A DNA stretch of 63,852 nucleotides, filler included, from Microthyrium microscopicum (taxonomy: Eukaryota): the NCBI GenBank assembly GCA_010405405.1. It is 17 parts of 6 records of this genome, joined end to end, with 100 filler letters (N's around TTAATTAATTAA, not from the genome) between each part and the next. Parts side by side here need not be neighbours in the genome. Positions count along the whole stretch, not along the records: positions 14,742 to 21,151 come from MU004235.1; positions 21,252 to 22,453 come from MU004235.1; positions 22,554 to 25,163 come from MU004235.1; positions 25,264 to 26,703 come from MU004235.1; positions 26,804 to 30,440 come from MU004235.1; 12 more parts are not named here. One strand, 5' to 3'. The first letter of the stretch is position 1; each line of letters starts with the position of its first letter. Under the pieces are notes generated by a model that did no database searches, was not told the DNA's origin, and saw nothing but the letters and a program-made list of their open reading frames with translations. Shown in pieces: positions 14,642 through 27,792 of the stretch. Made by a program: the position numbers and the translations under genes.

Positions 14642-15339
14642 NNNNNNNNNNNNNNNNNNNNNNNNNNNNNNNNNNNNNNNNNNNNTTAATTAATTAANNN
14701 NNNNNNNNNNNNNNNNNNNNNNNNNNNNNNNNNNNNNNNNNATATATTAAAGTAGATATACTTAATAGAGCTTAATATTAATACTAATCTTATTATACTA
14801 ACTAACTAAAGTAGCCTAGAATATATTCTAAAAAAACTTAAAGAGTTATTAAGTAATAAGCTCTTTTATTCTACTAATAATACTACTTTATATATACTCT
14901 ATATTCTTTTACTATATAAATCTTCTTTAAATCTACTATACTTTTAGTATTAATACTACTTAAATATAAACGCTTAGACTTATAAAGTATTAAGGCGTAT
15001 TAAGATATAAGAGTATAATAATAAGGATAAATTTACTAGTTTATATAAGATTAGTAAGTATATTAAAGTAGTTCCTATTACTTAGTATAAAATTACCTTA
15101 TATTATCTTTACCTAATAACTATTTAGTAAATTATATTAGCTACAAAATTCTATATACTCTTACTATTTACTTACTATATAACTTTAGTACTATATCTTA
15201 CTAAATATTAATAACTTCTATAGTATATCTTTATTCTAAGACTTATATTATCTTTTTAATATTAATAAAGTTATATATACTAATTATAGAGGAATTTAGC
15301 TATTTAATTTTAATATATCCTAATATTTATTTATAATTA

Positions 15340-15690
15340 CTAAGGTTACCTTTACTTAAAAGCATTATAAAAGTATATAAAATAACTTTTATCTCTACTA
15401 ATATAAGGCTAAAAAAGAAATAGATAATATATCTATACTTAGCTTATTAAGCTACTTATTTTTTATATCTTTTTACTATAGTAAAAAAATATCCTCTATA
15501 GAAATTAACCTAATAATCTTACTACTACTAAAATTACTAAAATATATAAAATTACTTCTATCTTTACTAATATAAGGCTAAAAAAGAAATAGATAATATA
15601 TCTATACTTAGCTTATTAAGCTACTTATTTTCTATATCTTTTTATAATAGTAAAAAAAACGTCCTTTATAAGGATTAAATAAGTAACTTT
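15340..15690 (-). repeat. 169-bp tandem units (2 here; 3 at ~30710-31236 and ~34555-35080) with A-box-like, B-box-like and oligo-T motifs
   Basis: atataaggct occurs at 15401/15570 and 34621/34791/34960. Each unit contains the hairpin tagtaacctt-N9-aaggttacta. Confidence 0.85.
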
Positions 15691-15768
15691 ACTACGTATA
15701 GGATTTAAATCTATAACCTTAACTTTATATAATAGTAGAGTTATATACTACTATTATACTAGCATAGT
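15691..15768 (-). ncRNA. tRNA-like cloverleaf relic (copy 1)
   Basis: Max-GC consensus of three copies on the minus strand: ACTACGC TA GCGTAATAGTAGTAT A TAACT-14nt-AGTTA AGGTT ATAGG TTTAAAT CCTAC GCGTAGT. This gives a perfect 7-bp acceptor stem, D-arm/A-box, anticodon-like stem and T-arm/B-box. The anticodon cannot be assigned. Confidence 0.7.
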
Positions 15769-16088
15769 AAAATTTTAAACTAAACTATAATACTAAAGTT
15801 AGAATAAATTTAAAGTTAAGGTTTATAGTTTTTAAATATATACTACTATATACTACTACTACTAATATTTAGTTACTATTTACCTTAATTCTAGCTTTAC
15901 CTAAACTCTCTTACTTAAAATTTATTTAGTAAAAATATATTAGGATTAAAATAAACCTAAGAAAATTCTCTAAAAAAATTCTTAGCTATTTACTTTAACT
16001 CTTAATACTAAAATTTAATATATACTCCTAGTACCTAGCTCTTATTAGCTTTAACTATTAGTATATATATTTAATATCTACTCCCTAA

Positions 16089-16142
16089 TCTAGCTCCTAG
16101 CTCTTAGCTCCTAGCTCCTAGCTCCTAGCTCTTAGCTCTTAG
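16089..16142. repeat. (CTAGCTC)n heptamer microsatellite in family A; length-variable copies at ~31665-31700 and ~35509-35596
   Basis: Direct reading. Confidence 0.85.
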
Positions 16143-16859
16143 TACTTTAACTTTTATATATATTAACTTCTATTTACCTTAACTCTTATCTACCTTAACT
16201 TTTATCTACCTTAACTCCTAATACTAATATATACTTAAGTACTTCTCCTTTTAATATTATAGCTAGTTACTAAATTAAATTTAGTAGTGTATCTTAGTAA
16301 TAAAGCTTAATATTAGTTAAGGTATTTTATTTTTAAAAGTATAAGAACTATACTCTATTTTAATATTATTCTTTATTATTTTTAAATTAATTAACCTTAT
16401 TTAAAGACTATCTTCTATATCTAAGAATAAATAGAAGATAATATATTTAGTAGATATTTCTTAATAATATATTAATCTTATTATAAAACTTAGATAAGGA
16501 GCTAAGGTTTTACTATTATCTTAAGTATAAAGATATTTATTAGTATCTATATATCTATCTATATTTACTTTAACTCTTAATACTAATATTTAATATTTCT
16601 TTCTAGTTTCTAGCTTTTATACTTATATATAAAGTTAACTATTATTTTTAAAGTAGTACTAGTTTACTATACTACTTATAAAAGTAATTATAGTATTATC
16701 TACGTATTAGCTAAGCTTAATATATATATTACTTATATTTATAGCTTTCTTCTTTACTTCTCTTATTCTATACTTCTTTCTTTCTTTTTTACTTTATTAC
16801 TTTTATTTTTTTTTCTTCTACTTTCTACTCTCTATAATAGTTTATATTATAGTAATATA

Positions 16860-19800
16860 TAAAATAAGTAAATAAATAAGTTAATTTTATATAAAAAGTC
16901 TTATTATATATACTAACCTATAAATCTTATTTTAGCTATATTATTATATTAAGTACTTAGTAAGACTTTATAGTTAAGGCCTTTAATATTATTAATTAAG
17001 AAGTAAGTATATAAAGTACTATAGTATATATACTAATAGTAAGATTTAATAATAGTATCTTCTATTTATATTTAGCTATTAATACTTATAATATAGCTAT
17101 CTAGTTATACTTTTATAGTAAAACCTAATATAAATATAGCCTTATTTAGTTATAGTAGCTATATAATTAAAGTTATTACTAATATCCTTAATAATTAGCC
17201 TAATCTTACTATAGACTATAATAGTATTAATTATAAAGTTAGCTATAATAAATACTATTTATATAGTACTAAAAAATACTTTTATATTTATTTTTATATA
17301 AGTAGTTTATAAAAACCTAATATTTAATAAGCTATTACTAAATATAATATATAGACTATTAGCTAGAAATAGTTAAGTAGCTAGCTATAGTTTTTTATTT
17401 ATATATAAGTCTAAACTAAAATTATATCTTAGTTAGTACTAATACTATACTAGTACTAAGGTTATTTAGTAAAAATATAATAACTCTATAGCTTCCTTTA
17501 ATAATAAAGCTAAGTATATACTAGACTCTAAGATTACTTTAAAACTACTATAAATAATAAAAATAGTTACTAAATAACTAGCTAGAAGTATAATAGCGTC
17601 TAATTCTTAAGGCTCTTAGAACTAAGAGTTTAAAGTACTTTATCCTAATAAAGAAGTTTATTAAATAAATTCTTAAGGTATTAGCTTTTAAGTCTTAATA
17701 ATTAGTACTATCTATATAGATAATATAAGCCTAATTATAAATAAAATATATCTTAAAACCTAAATAATAATAATAACTTAGTACTAAAGTTATAATTTAG
17801 ATTATAGTTTAGAACCTAAATAATAAGAATTAACTACTTATTAATTTATATAAATAATATAGAACTATAACTTAGTATAAAATATATATTAATCTTATAC
17901 TATAATTTTATTATATTTTCTTAAGGTAATAATAAAAGAAGTATAAAATATTATTATATTTATCTAAATTAAACCTTAAAAGTATATAAAACTTATAACT
18001 TAGTATAATATACTACTTTAAAATTATATTTTTTATATACTTCTTTATAATAATAGTAAAAAAAATATAGTATACTAATTTAGAGTTATAACTTTTATAT
18101 ATTTTTTTATAATAATAAGAAAGAATTATAGTATACTAGTTTTAGGCTATAGTTTTTATTTACTTCTTAAGCTTTAGTAATAAAAAAAGTATAATATAGT
18201 ATTATACTTATAATAAAAAGAAATATTAAGGTATATATTATATAAGTTATTAATATAGATAAAATTTAAAAACTAGAAATAAAATAACTATATATACTAA
18301 AATACTTAAGGCTAAAAAGATCTAGCTTAGAGATACTAGAACTTTCTAAACTAGAATCTAATATTTAATTTTTATATAATAACTATAAGTAAGAAAGATT
18401 AGAGAATTAAGCTACTACTTACTTAAAATAGACTAGTTACTTAATAGTAGTCTTATATTAATACTAATAACTTTAAGAACTTACTATACGTTATAATTAT
18501 AACCTTAATATTTTAATTACTATTTATAATAATATAGTAATAGTAAGAAATATCTTAATATAAGTAAATAACTTCTAGTCTCTAAGTTAAATATAGTAAC
18601 TAACTAAGCGTTACTTTATTCTTATCTAATTCTATATAATAAATTAAAATATAAATACCTTATATACTAAATCTTTATCTTCCTCTTTTTATATTTACTA
18701 ATACTTAATCTATATTTATAATATCTATTATTATAAGCCTTATAAGTTCTTTACGTAAAGCCTACTATCTATATAAAATAATAGAAAAGTAAATAAAAAA
18801 GTAAATAAAAGAGCTAATAGAAGAGTAAATATAGACTAAACTAGATATATATCTTAAAAAATTACTTAGATTTTATAACTCCCTATAATTAATAATTTTA
18901 CTAAAGCTAATACTAGCTAATATAATAATATAGGATATTAAATTATAGAAAGATTTTAATTCTAATAATATAGACTAGCTATATAACTTTATTTAAACGT
19001 TTATAATTCTATATATATATAGTTAACCTTCCTAACGTTTTATAACTAATAATAATAATAATAATAATAATAATAGTAATAATATTAATAGTAATAATAA
19101 TAATAGTAATAAAGGTCTTAGGTACTTAAATACGTTAGATAAAGATAACTTAGACTTAGAGGATAATATAGACTTAGAGAGTTTAAGTTCTAATAAAAAT
19201 TAATTAGAGTTATAACTCTAATAACTAATAGTTATTATAATTTAAGTTAAATTATAGGATAATATCTATACTTTAAATACTAAAGTAAATAAATAAATTT
19301 AAATTAAGATTAATAAATTTAATATTTAACTTCTTTATTATATTTACTACTAATATAACTCTTTTTTACTAATACTAACTTATAATAATAAGAATATAAT
19401 AACTTACTATAGTAATAATTATAATTAAGATATAAATAGATTAAAAATATATATAGAAATAATACTAGTATAAGTATAAATAATAATAATATATATAATA
19501 TTAATAGTATTATTTAATAAACTATACTTAAAAAGTTAACTAGACTAAACCTTTAGTACTCTAAATCCTTAGCTAACTCTAGGCTAACTTTAAGCTAATC
19601 TTAAGCTAACTCTATATATAGGTAAGCTAATATTTAAACCCTAGGCTAGTATTTAAACTTAAGCTAATCCTAAGCTAACTCTAAGCTAATCCTAAGCTAA
19701 CCCTAAGCTAACTCTAAGCTAATCCTATATATAAGCAAGCTAATATTTAAACCTTAGGCTAATATTTAAACCCTAGGCTAGTATTTAAACTATATACTAA

Positions 19801-21151
19801 CTTAGGCTAACTTTATACTAATTCTATACTAACTTAACGTTTAGTATTAAAAATAAAATAGAAGGTAATATATAGAAATAAGTTAAATTTCTTAGAAATA
19901 TATATACTACTTTAGTACTTTATATAAATTATAAAATATTCTAAATAAAGCTTAAGATATATATCTTTAACTCTATGTAAGAAAGTTTTAATAAAGGTAT
20001 AATTCTTTATATAATTACTAACCTCTTTTATAGGCTTAGTTATATATAATAATCTAGTTTAATACTATTTTAAGATATTAAATAACTAGTCTAATATTTA
20101 CTAAATAAAGCCTACTAGATTAATATTATTATATTAAGTAAATTACTAGTTTAAATTATAATTTAATAATTTTTAAACTTATAGAACTTAGTAAACTCTA
20201 TAGTTTAATCTTAGTACTTAGTAGTAAAAGTACTTTAAGGAGTAGTTTACTTTTAGTAGTTAATAAGTATAATTAGTTAACGTAGATACTTTATTTACTT
20301 AATCTCGTTATAAATTTAAGTATAAACTAACTACTAATCTTATAGTTATTAGTAAGAGTAGTACGCTTAAGAGTAGCTTTAGTACTACTTATCTTATAAA
20401 GAGTAATTCTAATAGTAGATATTATAGTTAAATATTAGTAAAACTCTAATTATTATTAAAGACCTTTAAACTCTTAAACTACTTAATTAGCTTAATAATA
20501 AAATTATTAATAGCTTCCTTACTAAGCTTTACGAAAAGGCTAAGTCTAAACTTACTAAATAGATAAAAATAGTAAAAACCTTAATTAAAGATAATATCTT
20601 ATAATATTATATACTTAATACCTATTAGTTTCTTAAGATATAATAATAAAATAATATTAAAAAGATTACTTACTAAATAAAGCGCTAAAAAATTAGTAAA
20701 AAAAATCTTCTTAGTATTTATAAACTCTTTATTCTAATTTATTAAGATAGTTACTAGACTCTACTAACTATTCTTTCTTAATAATATTAAGTACGTTAGT
20801 ATAATTCCTTATTTACTAGTAAAGAACCTATTCTTACTTTAGCTAAAGAAATACTTTAATATAAGTTAGATAATACTTAAGATAAGAGTAAATAGATATT
20901 TAAGAAAGTAGAGAATAGTTATTAATAAAACTCTTTAGATTATAGTACCTTTATCCTTATAAATACTTAGGCTACTTTCTATACTAATAACTTACCTAAT
21001 ATTCTTCTTAACTAATATAGTAAAGTAATATAATAACTAATTAGTTTAATTATCTTTTATAGTAGCTTAAAAGGTAACTTTAACTTAGAGGCCTAGTATA
21101 ATAGCTTTTATCTAAAAACTCTATAAAATATTTTTAACTATCCTTCTTATA
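16860..21151 (+). pseudogene. Multi-exon gene relic: unknown N-terminal part, E/M/Q-rich helical stretch, poly-Asp/Ser acidic tract, C-terminal Ulp1 domain from 20449 (could be more than one gene)
   Basis: Several GT(A)AGT...CTAAY...AG intron-like blocks. (AAT)n at 19048-19110 reads as a RIPed GAY run (GAT survives at ~36740). Ulp1 motifs start at 20449. Confidence 0.6.
19560..19844 (+). repeat. 11-bp GCTAACCCTAG and 19-bp GCTARTATTTAAACCCTAG minisatellite, probably intronic; other copies at 1715-1990 (-), 37245-37501, 60760-61014
   Basis: Unit number differs among the four copies. The block ends in tactaac...tttag. Confidence 0.85.
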
Positions 21152-21251
21152 NNNNNNNNNNNNNNNNNNNNNNNNNNNNNNNNNNNNNNNNNNNNTTAAT
21201 TAATTAANNNNNNNNNNNNNNNNNNNNNNNNNNNNNNNNNNNNNNNNNNNN

Positions 21252-22453
21252 TTTATCTACTCTACTAGATTTATCTTTTCTAGTAGTAGACGTAATTAAG
21301 TTAAACTATACTTATTCTTTAAGGTTAATATTTAAAGAGTAGAATAGCTTTATACCTTTATAATTCCTAAATAGTATAATAGTAAAAAAGAATATAATAT
21401 AGGCTATCTAAGTATATAAGTCCTATATACTATTAACTAAGAACTAATATAAACTATAATATTTAATATTTTATAATAAGGAATAGACGCTACGCCTTAG
21501 TTTTAAATAATTATAAATCTTAAACCTAAATAAGATTTATATATATAGAGTCTATAATTAAGATAGTACTATACTTTATTTATCTTTATTAGCTATATAT
21601 AAAGGTAGGATTAATATCTTAACGTTCTCTAAGTACTTTAAAACTAATTATATTAAATATAGATATTCTATTTATATTTTTAATTAGGAATATAATATTA
21701 TTTAGCCTATTCTAAACCTATATAAGTATAAGAATATCTATTTTAGAGTTCTTATTTAGAAAGGTAAGTTATTATTAAGATTTAGTATTTACGTTTATTT
21801 TCCTAATTTAATATTCTATAGTAAAAAGTAGTATCTTTATATAAAATAACTTAAATAGTAGTACTAATATATCTTATTTCTAGCTATTAGGAATATTTAT
21901 CTAATTAATATTCTATAGTATATACCTTTTAATAAATATTATATATATATAATAGCTATAGCGCAATAAAAAATAAGAAATTAAGATAACTTAAAGCTAG
22001 GCCTAGCTAATATATTCTTTATAATCTAAGGCAAATATCTTAAATCTCTATAGAATTATATACTAGACTATAATAAAAGATTCTAAGGCGTAAACTTAAA
22101 CTAAAAAGATACTACTATTAAAAATCTTAAAGATAAATAAGCTAATATTATAACCTATCTATTAGATTAGATAATAAGTTTAGATATATTTAAGAATCCT
22201 ATTCTTATACTTATATTATATAATAGTAAACTATTATAAAAAGCTAATAACTTTATCTAAGGATTTAGTAACTACTAAGAGTATATAAATTACTATTTTA
22301 ACTTTTTATTTATTAGACTATACTATTTATATATTAATCTTATATATAAAAATATACTATTTTACTAAGATACTTATAGTAATAAACTTTCTACTAAGGG
22401 TATTATACTAGTATTAAAATAAAAATATAGTAAAAATTAGATTTAGTATTATA
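21252..22453 (+). pseudogene. RIPed long-ORF relic of an uncharacterised fungal repeat-associated protein
   Basis: One frame reads over ~300 codons with only RIP-type stops: YDxDS...IYVYFP...WYxxILFPA...LQHMP...LESLW...YVDLxxE. Confidence 0.45.
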
Positions 22454-22553
22454 NNNNNNNNNNNNNNNNNNNNNNNNNNNNNNNNNNNNNNNNNNNNTTA
22501 ATTAATTAANNNNNNNNNNNNNNNNNNNNNNNNNNNNNNNNNNNNNNNNNNNN

Positions 22554-24430
22554 TAAGATAATATATACTACCTAACTATATACTAACTTTATAGTAGAAG
22601 TTTAGATATATAATTATTATATTTAGCTAAATCCTTATTAATAAACTAGATATATTCTAAAACCTTTAGCTTTAAAGTATATAACTAATAGTATTAGGTT
22701 AGAAATATAGTAGTAAAATTATATAATAAAAAGTATATTACTTTACTAGAGCTAACTCTAACGAAATTATATAAGTATTTAAAGATAGTAAGGAAGTTTA
22801 ACTATAGGTCTAAGTTCCTAAGTAGAATAAGTAAACCTATTTAGTAGTATAAGTAGAATAAGTTATTAATCTAGATAATACTTAATTTCTTAAACTAGAC
22901 GTAGCTAATATTAAAGTATCTATATATAAAATACTTCTTTATTATACGCTATAGCTTATATAATATACTTAATAAATTATTAATAAGTATCTTAATAAGA
23001 ATAAGTTAAATATAACTAATTATATTAAAAGTATATAGTTAGAAGATATTATTCTTCTTAATATACTTATAATACTCTTAATATACCTTCCTACTAACTT
23101 AGAGTTATATATAAAAGAATAAAAGCTAAGTAGCTAGTAAAATAATTATATAAATATACTTACTAAGATCCTAGAATAGATTAAAGGACTAGTTAGTATA
23201 CTTAGACTTTAACTAACTAAAAACTAGATTTAGTATATATTAATTAATTAGCTAATAAAATACCTATATTAGATTTTAATTATATAAATAGTATACTATA
23301 AATAAAGATTAATTATTAGTAGATAGCCTCTATTTAGAACTTTAGTATAAAATTAGAAAACTTATTATTAACTATACTAGACGTAAAAAGGCGTACTTAA
23401 TAAGTATAAATTACTATTTATTTCTATAGAGCCTAAAACTAAGTTAATATAGCTTTAGTAGTAAATAGAAGTTTAGTATATATATAATAAGAATAAATAT
23501 ACGTCTAGACGTAAAAATATAAATAGATTCCTATAATAAGAAATATATAACTATTTCTATATAATTTAAATTATTAATTTATTTATATATAAGTTATAAT
23601 AAACTATTATATTATTCTATAAAATGCCTTCTAGACCTAATTCTCCTAATATCTTTTACTTTATTAAACCTATCTTTATAGCCTTTATTATCTAATATAA
23701 TATCTTTTACATAGTACTTATAAATAGAAACCTTAATAAAGCTTTTAAAATTATAGTAGAATTAGTAATATAAGCGTTTATTATAGAAGTTAAGTAAATA
23801 ATACTTAGTAAGCTTAAATAGAAGCTACCTAGATTTAAATAAATATAGTTAGTATATAGAATATAAAATAGTACTACTATATACTAGTACTATATAGAGA
23901 CTATTCTTTATAGTAAGACCTTTCGCCTTAAGAAATAATATACTTATAAGTACTATAGACTTAATACTTCCTTAATTAATTATATATACTAGTCTTCTTA
24001 GTATACTAATTTTAATATAGTTAATAAAATATATTTAATTAATATTCTAGGATCTAAAGATTAATATAAGTAGCCTAGCTTTATTAATTAGCTCTTCCTA
24101 GACTTCTAAATATAAAGAGACTATCTAAGCTTTCTATTTAAAGTCTATTCTAGTTAATATTTTTCTACTATACTTAAGGAAGTTAATAGGATACTTAATT
24201 AGAAGAATTTTAGCTATTATAAATTTATTAAAGTACTATATAGTATATTAAATAACTAGGAACTAACTAGCCTTAATAAGTAGAATAAACTTAGTATATA
24301 ATTAAGAGATACTATACTCTAAAAAGTATTTATTATACTAGACGTTATACTTATTTATAATAGTAGTAAGTTCCTTAAAACTATAAAGCTTAGTAAAAAG
24401 GCTAAAAAAACTAGATAATATATTTCCTAT
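22554..24430 (+). pseudogene. RIPed coding relic, unknown product
   Basis: Protein-like de-RIP reading on the plus strand. No firm motif. Confidence 0.3.
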
Positions 24431-25787
24431 TCTTTTTAATTAAGGCTATTTTTTACTATATATATTAACATTCTTAATACTAACGCTTTTACTTTACTAA
24501 AAAAAACGTATAATAACTTTTATACTATTATAGCTAGTAAATTAAATTAAGTAGTAACTAACGCTATAATTACTAAGGCTAATAAAGCTAGTATACTTTT
24601 AGTTACTAATTTAAGACTTTTATCTTAACTAAAAGTAGTTAATTTTAGTTAGAAGGACTAGTATCTTTATTATTATTATAGTATATAATACCTATATAGT
24701 ATATATAAGAGATTAGTACTATATAGTAAGTATCTTTAGTACTATAAAGTTATTAATAATTTTATTCTTAGCTTAGACTACTAGTAAGATTTTTCTATAG
24801 TAAAACTAATTATATATCTATATACTATAAGTAATATCTAATCTAGATAAGCTATATAGTTTATTAAAATAAATAATAATAATAACTTATTAAGAATAGT
24901 ATTATTTATTAGTAGAGGCTATAGAGAATTAGATAATAATAAACCTAAGTTAATATTTTCTAAAGATATAGATAATATATTAATAAATTTTAATAATACT
25001 AATTAATAAGATTCTAAGTCTATCTATTTAAATTATACTTAATATAATAAAGTAGGTTACTAGCTAGTATTAGATAACTAAAATTATAAATATCTAATAG
25101 CTAGTAATTTATAGTATATATAATAGGACTTAGTCTAATAAGTATCTAGATTAGTACTTATAANNNNNNNNNNNNNNNNNNNNNNNNNNNNNNNNNNNNN
25201 NNNNNNNTTAATTAATTAANNNNNNNNNNNNNNNNNNNNNNNNNNNNNNNNNNNNNNNNNNNNTAAGAGAAAGGTATCTAAGATTTAAAAAGTATTAGAT
25301 AAATATCTTATATAATAAATAATATTTAAATTAAGATATAAGTAAGCTAAAAGATATAGAATTATAAAATAAGATAAACTATTAATTTAGAATAGATAGA
25401 ATTTAATAGAAGTAGGTACAAAAGTCCTAAGTAAGATAAGTAAATCTAATATTTAATAAAGTAAATATATAGGGATTTATGAATTAGCTTAACTTACTAC
25501 TATAGCTTATGATATAAATATTATAAGTATAACTAAATAATTAATATCTAGATTAAATTAGTATTTAATCTAATAGTAAGCCTAAAGAAGTACGCTACTC
25601 TTAATAATATTACCTACTATATCTAACTTATAGTATATTACTACTAATCTATACTACTTTAAGAATTTCTAAACTTCTAAACTTCTATTTTAGTAGTAAA
25701 AATTATCTTTATTTATAATAGGGTTACTAATATTTAGTAAAGTAGCGCCTTTATATAATACTATAGCTTACTTAAAAGGGTTAAGAG

Positions 25788-26660
25788 GCTACACGTAGGT
25801 TTTAGTATAATTATAAGGTTATATTTTAAGCAAAGATATTAATTTGTAAGGAAGCTTACTAAATTTAGTAAGGAAATATTTTTTATAAGAACTACTTACT
25901 TATAATATCTTTTTTAAGGTAGGCTGTATATAGATTTTAGTATAGTTATAAATATATATTATAGGTAAAAATATTAATTTATAGAAAAGCTTACTAAATT
26001 TAGTATAGAAATATTCTTTAAAAGGACTATACTTATAATATCTTCCCTTAGATAGGCTACATGTAGATTTTAGTATAGTTATAAGAATATATTATAGATA
26101 AAGATATTAATTCGTAGGAAAGCTTACTAGATTTAGTAAGGAAATATTCTCTAAACTATATATAGATTTTAGTATAGTTATAAAGATATATTATAAGTAA
26201 AGATATTAGTTTGTAAGGAAGCTTACTAAGTAAGGGAATATTCTTTAAGCTATATATAGATTTTAGTATAGTTATAAGAATATATTATAGACAAAGATAT
26301 TAATTTATAGAGAAGCTTACTAAGTAAAGGAATATTTAAGCTATATATAGATTTTAGTATAGTTATAAGGACGTATTATAAGCAAAGATATTAGTTTATA
26401 GAGAAGCTTACTAAGTAAGGAAATATTCTTTAAGCTATATATAGATTTTAGTATAGTTATAAAAACGTATTATAGGTAAAGATATTAATTCGTAAGGAAG
26501 CTTACTAAGTAAGGGAATATTCTTTAAGCTATATATAGATTTTAGTATAGTTATAGAGATATATTATAAGTAAAGATATTAGTTTATAGAAAAGCTTACT
26601 AAATTTAGTAAAGAAATATTCTTTAAGAGAACTATACTTATAATATCTCTCCTAAAATAG
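25788..26660. repeat. RIPed minisatellite, 8 units of ~90-135 bp
   Basis: tagattttagtatagttata...aaagatatta...gaagcttacta recurs 8 times, with an optional internal block. Confidence 0.9.
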
Positions 26661-27792
26661 CTTTAATAAATAAAATAACACTATATAAGGGTTTTAATTA
26701 GAGNNNNNNNNNNNNNNNNNNNNNNNNNNNNNNNNNNNNNNNNNNNNTTAATTAATTAANNNNNNNNNNNNNNNNNNNNNNNNNNNNNNNNNNNNNNNNN
26801 NNNTAAGAAAGGTAGAGATATACTTTCTATTAATATATACTAGATAACGTAAATAGATATTAATAAATATTATTATTAGTTTATTAATATATAGAGGCGA
26901 GCTAGTTAATTACTTCTAAACATCTTTATTTAAGTAGTATTTTCCTTAAGTTAAAAAGTATTAATTCCTAGTAAATAGAAGTAGTAACTATAGCATATAT
27001 CTAACTACTAGATAATTAAGTAGTAAAAGAGTAGCTTAGAGTTAGCTAATATCTAAAAATATATTACTAGCTATAGTAATTACTAACTAATTATTACGCT
27101 TATTTATAAAGGGATATTATAAAATCTAAGTAGTTAAACTTTTAACTTATAAAGCTTATATATCTATTTACTTTATTACTTAATAATAATTAATAACTTT
27201 AAGAATAAACTAAGGATTTATTTAGGATATCTAGAGATATAGTATAATAGGCCTATATTTTATATATTATAACTAATAGAAATAAAAATATAAAAAGTAT
27301 ATTATAGGCTATCCTTTATTAGATTTAAGCCTATAACCTATACTTTAAGTAAGTCCTAAATTTACTCTATTATTTACTAATCTACTTTAAGAAAGTAGAG
27401 ATTACTTTTAGCGTTCCTATTTATTTTAGTAGTTATTTTTTAATATATTTACTTTTACTTATTATTACTATACCTAAGATAGTAAAGTAAGTGTATTATT
27501 TTGCCTACTTTAGGTACTTATTATATATTTAGTTCTTTTATCTTTTTAAAAAGTCTTTTATTTATAAGGATAATATTATATTAATAAGTTAAAGCTAATT
27601 ATAAACTTAGGTATATATTATAGGTATTAATTAGAGTATAGCTAGTAGTACTTCTTTATAAAAAGATAGTTATATTTAATATAATAGTATATTTCTACTT
27701 AAGACTATATTATATATATACTAATAAAGTACTAGATTCCTATCTACTATATTATTAATTAAGGTAATACTTTATATAAAAGAAATATATAT

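Larger units (their letters stand above)
14742..21151 (+). mobile_element. Longest contiguous copy of element family A (unknown ORF end, tRNA-like cluster, multi-exon gene ending in Ulp1 domain)
   Basis: Colinear with 33961-36231, 30541-32800, 58763-60115, 36332-38802, 60216-62598 and the reverse complement of 1-2114. Multicopy and RIPed. No transposase or termini identified. Confidence 0.85.

Noticed and set aside
25788..26660. RIPed version of the GCGC-box array
   Set aside because: Only a short tagtatagtt ~ tagcgcagtc resemblance. Unit length and spacing differ.
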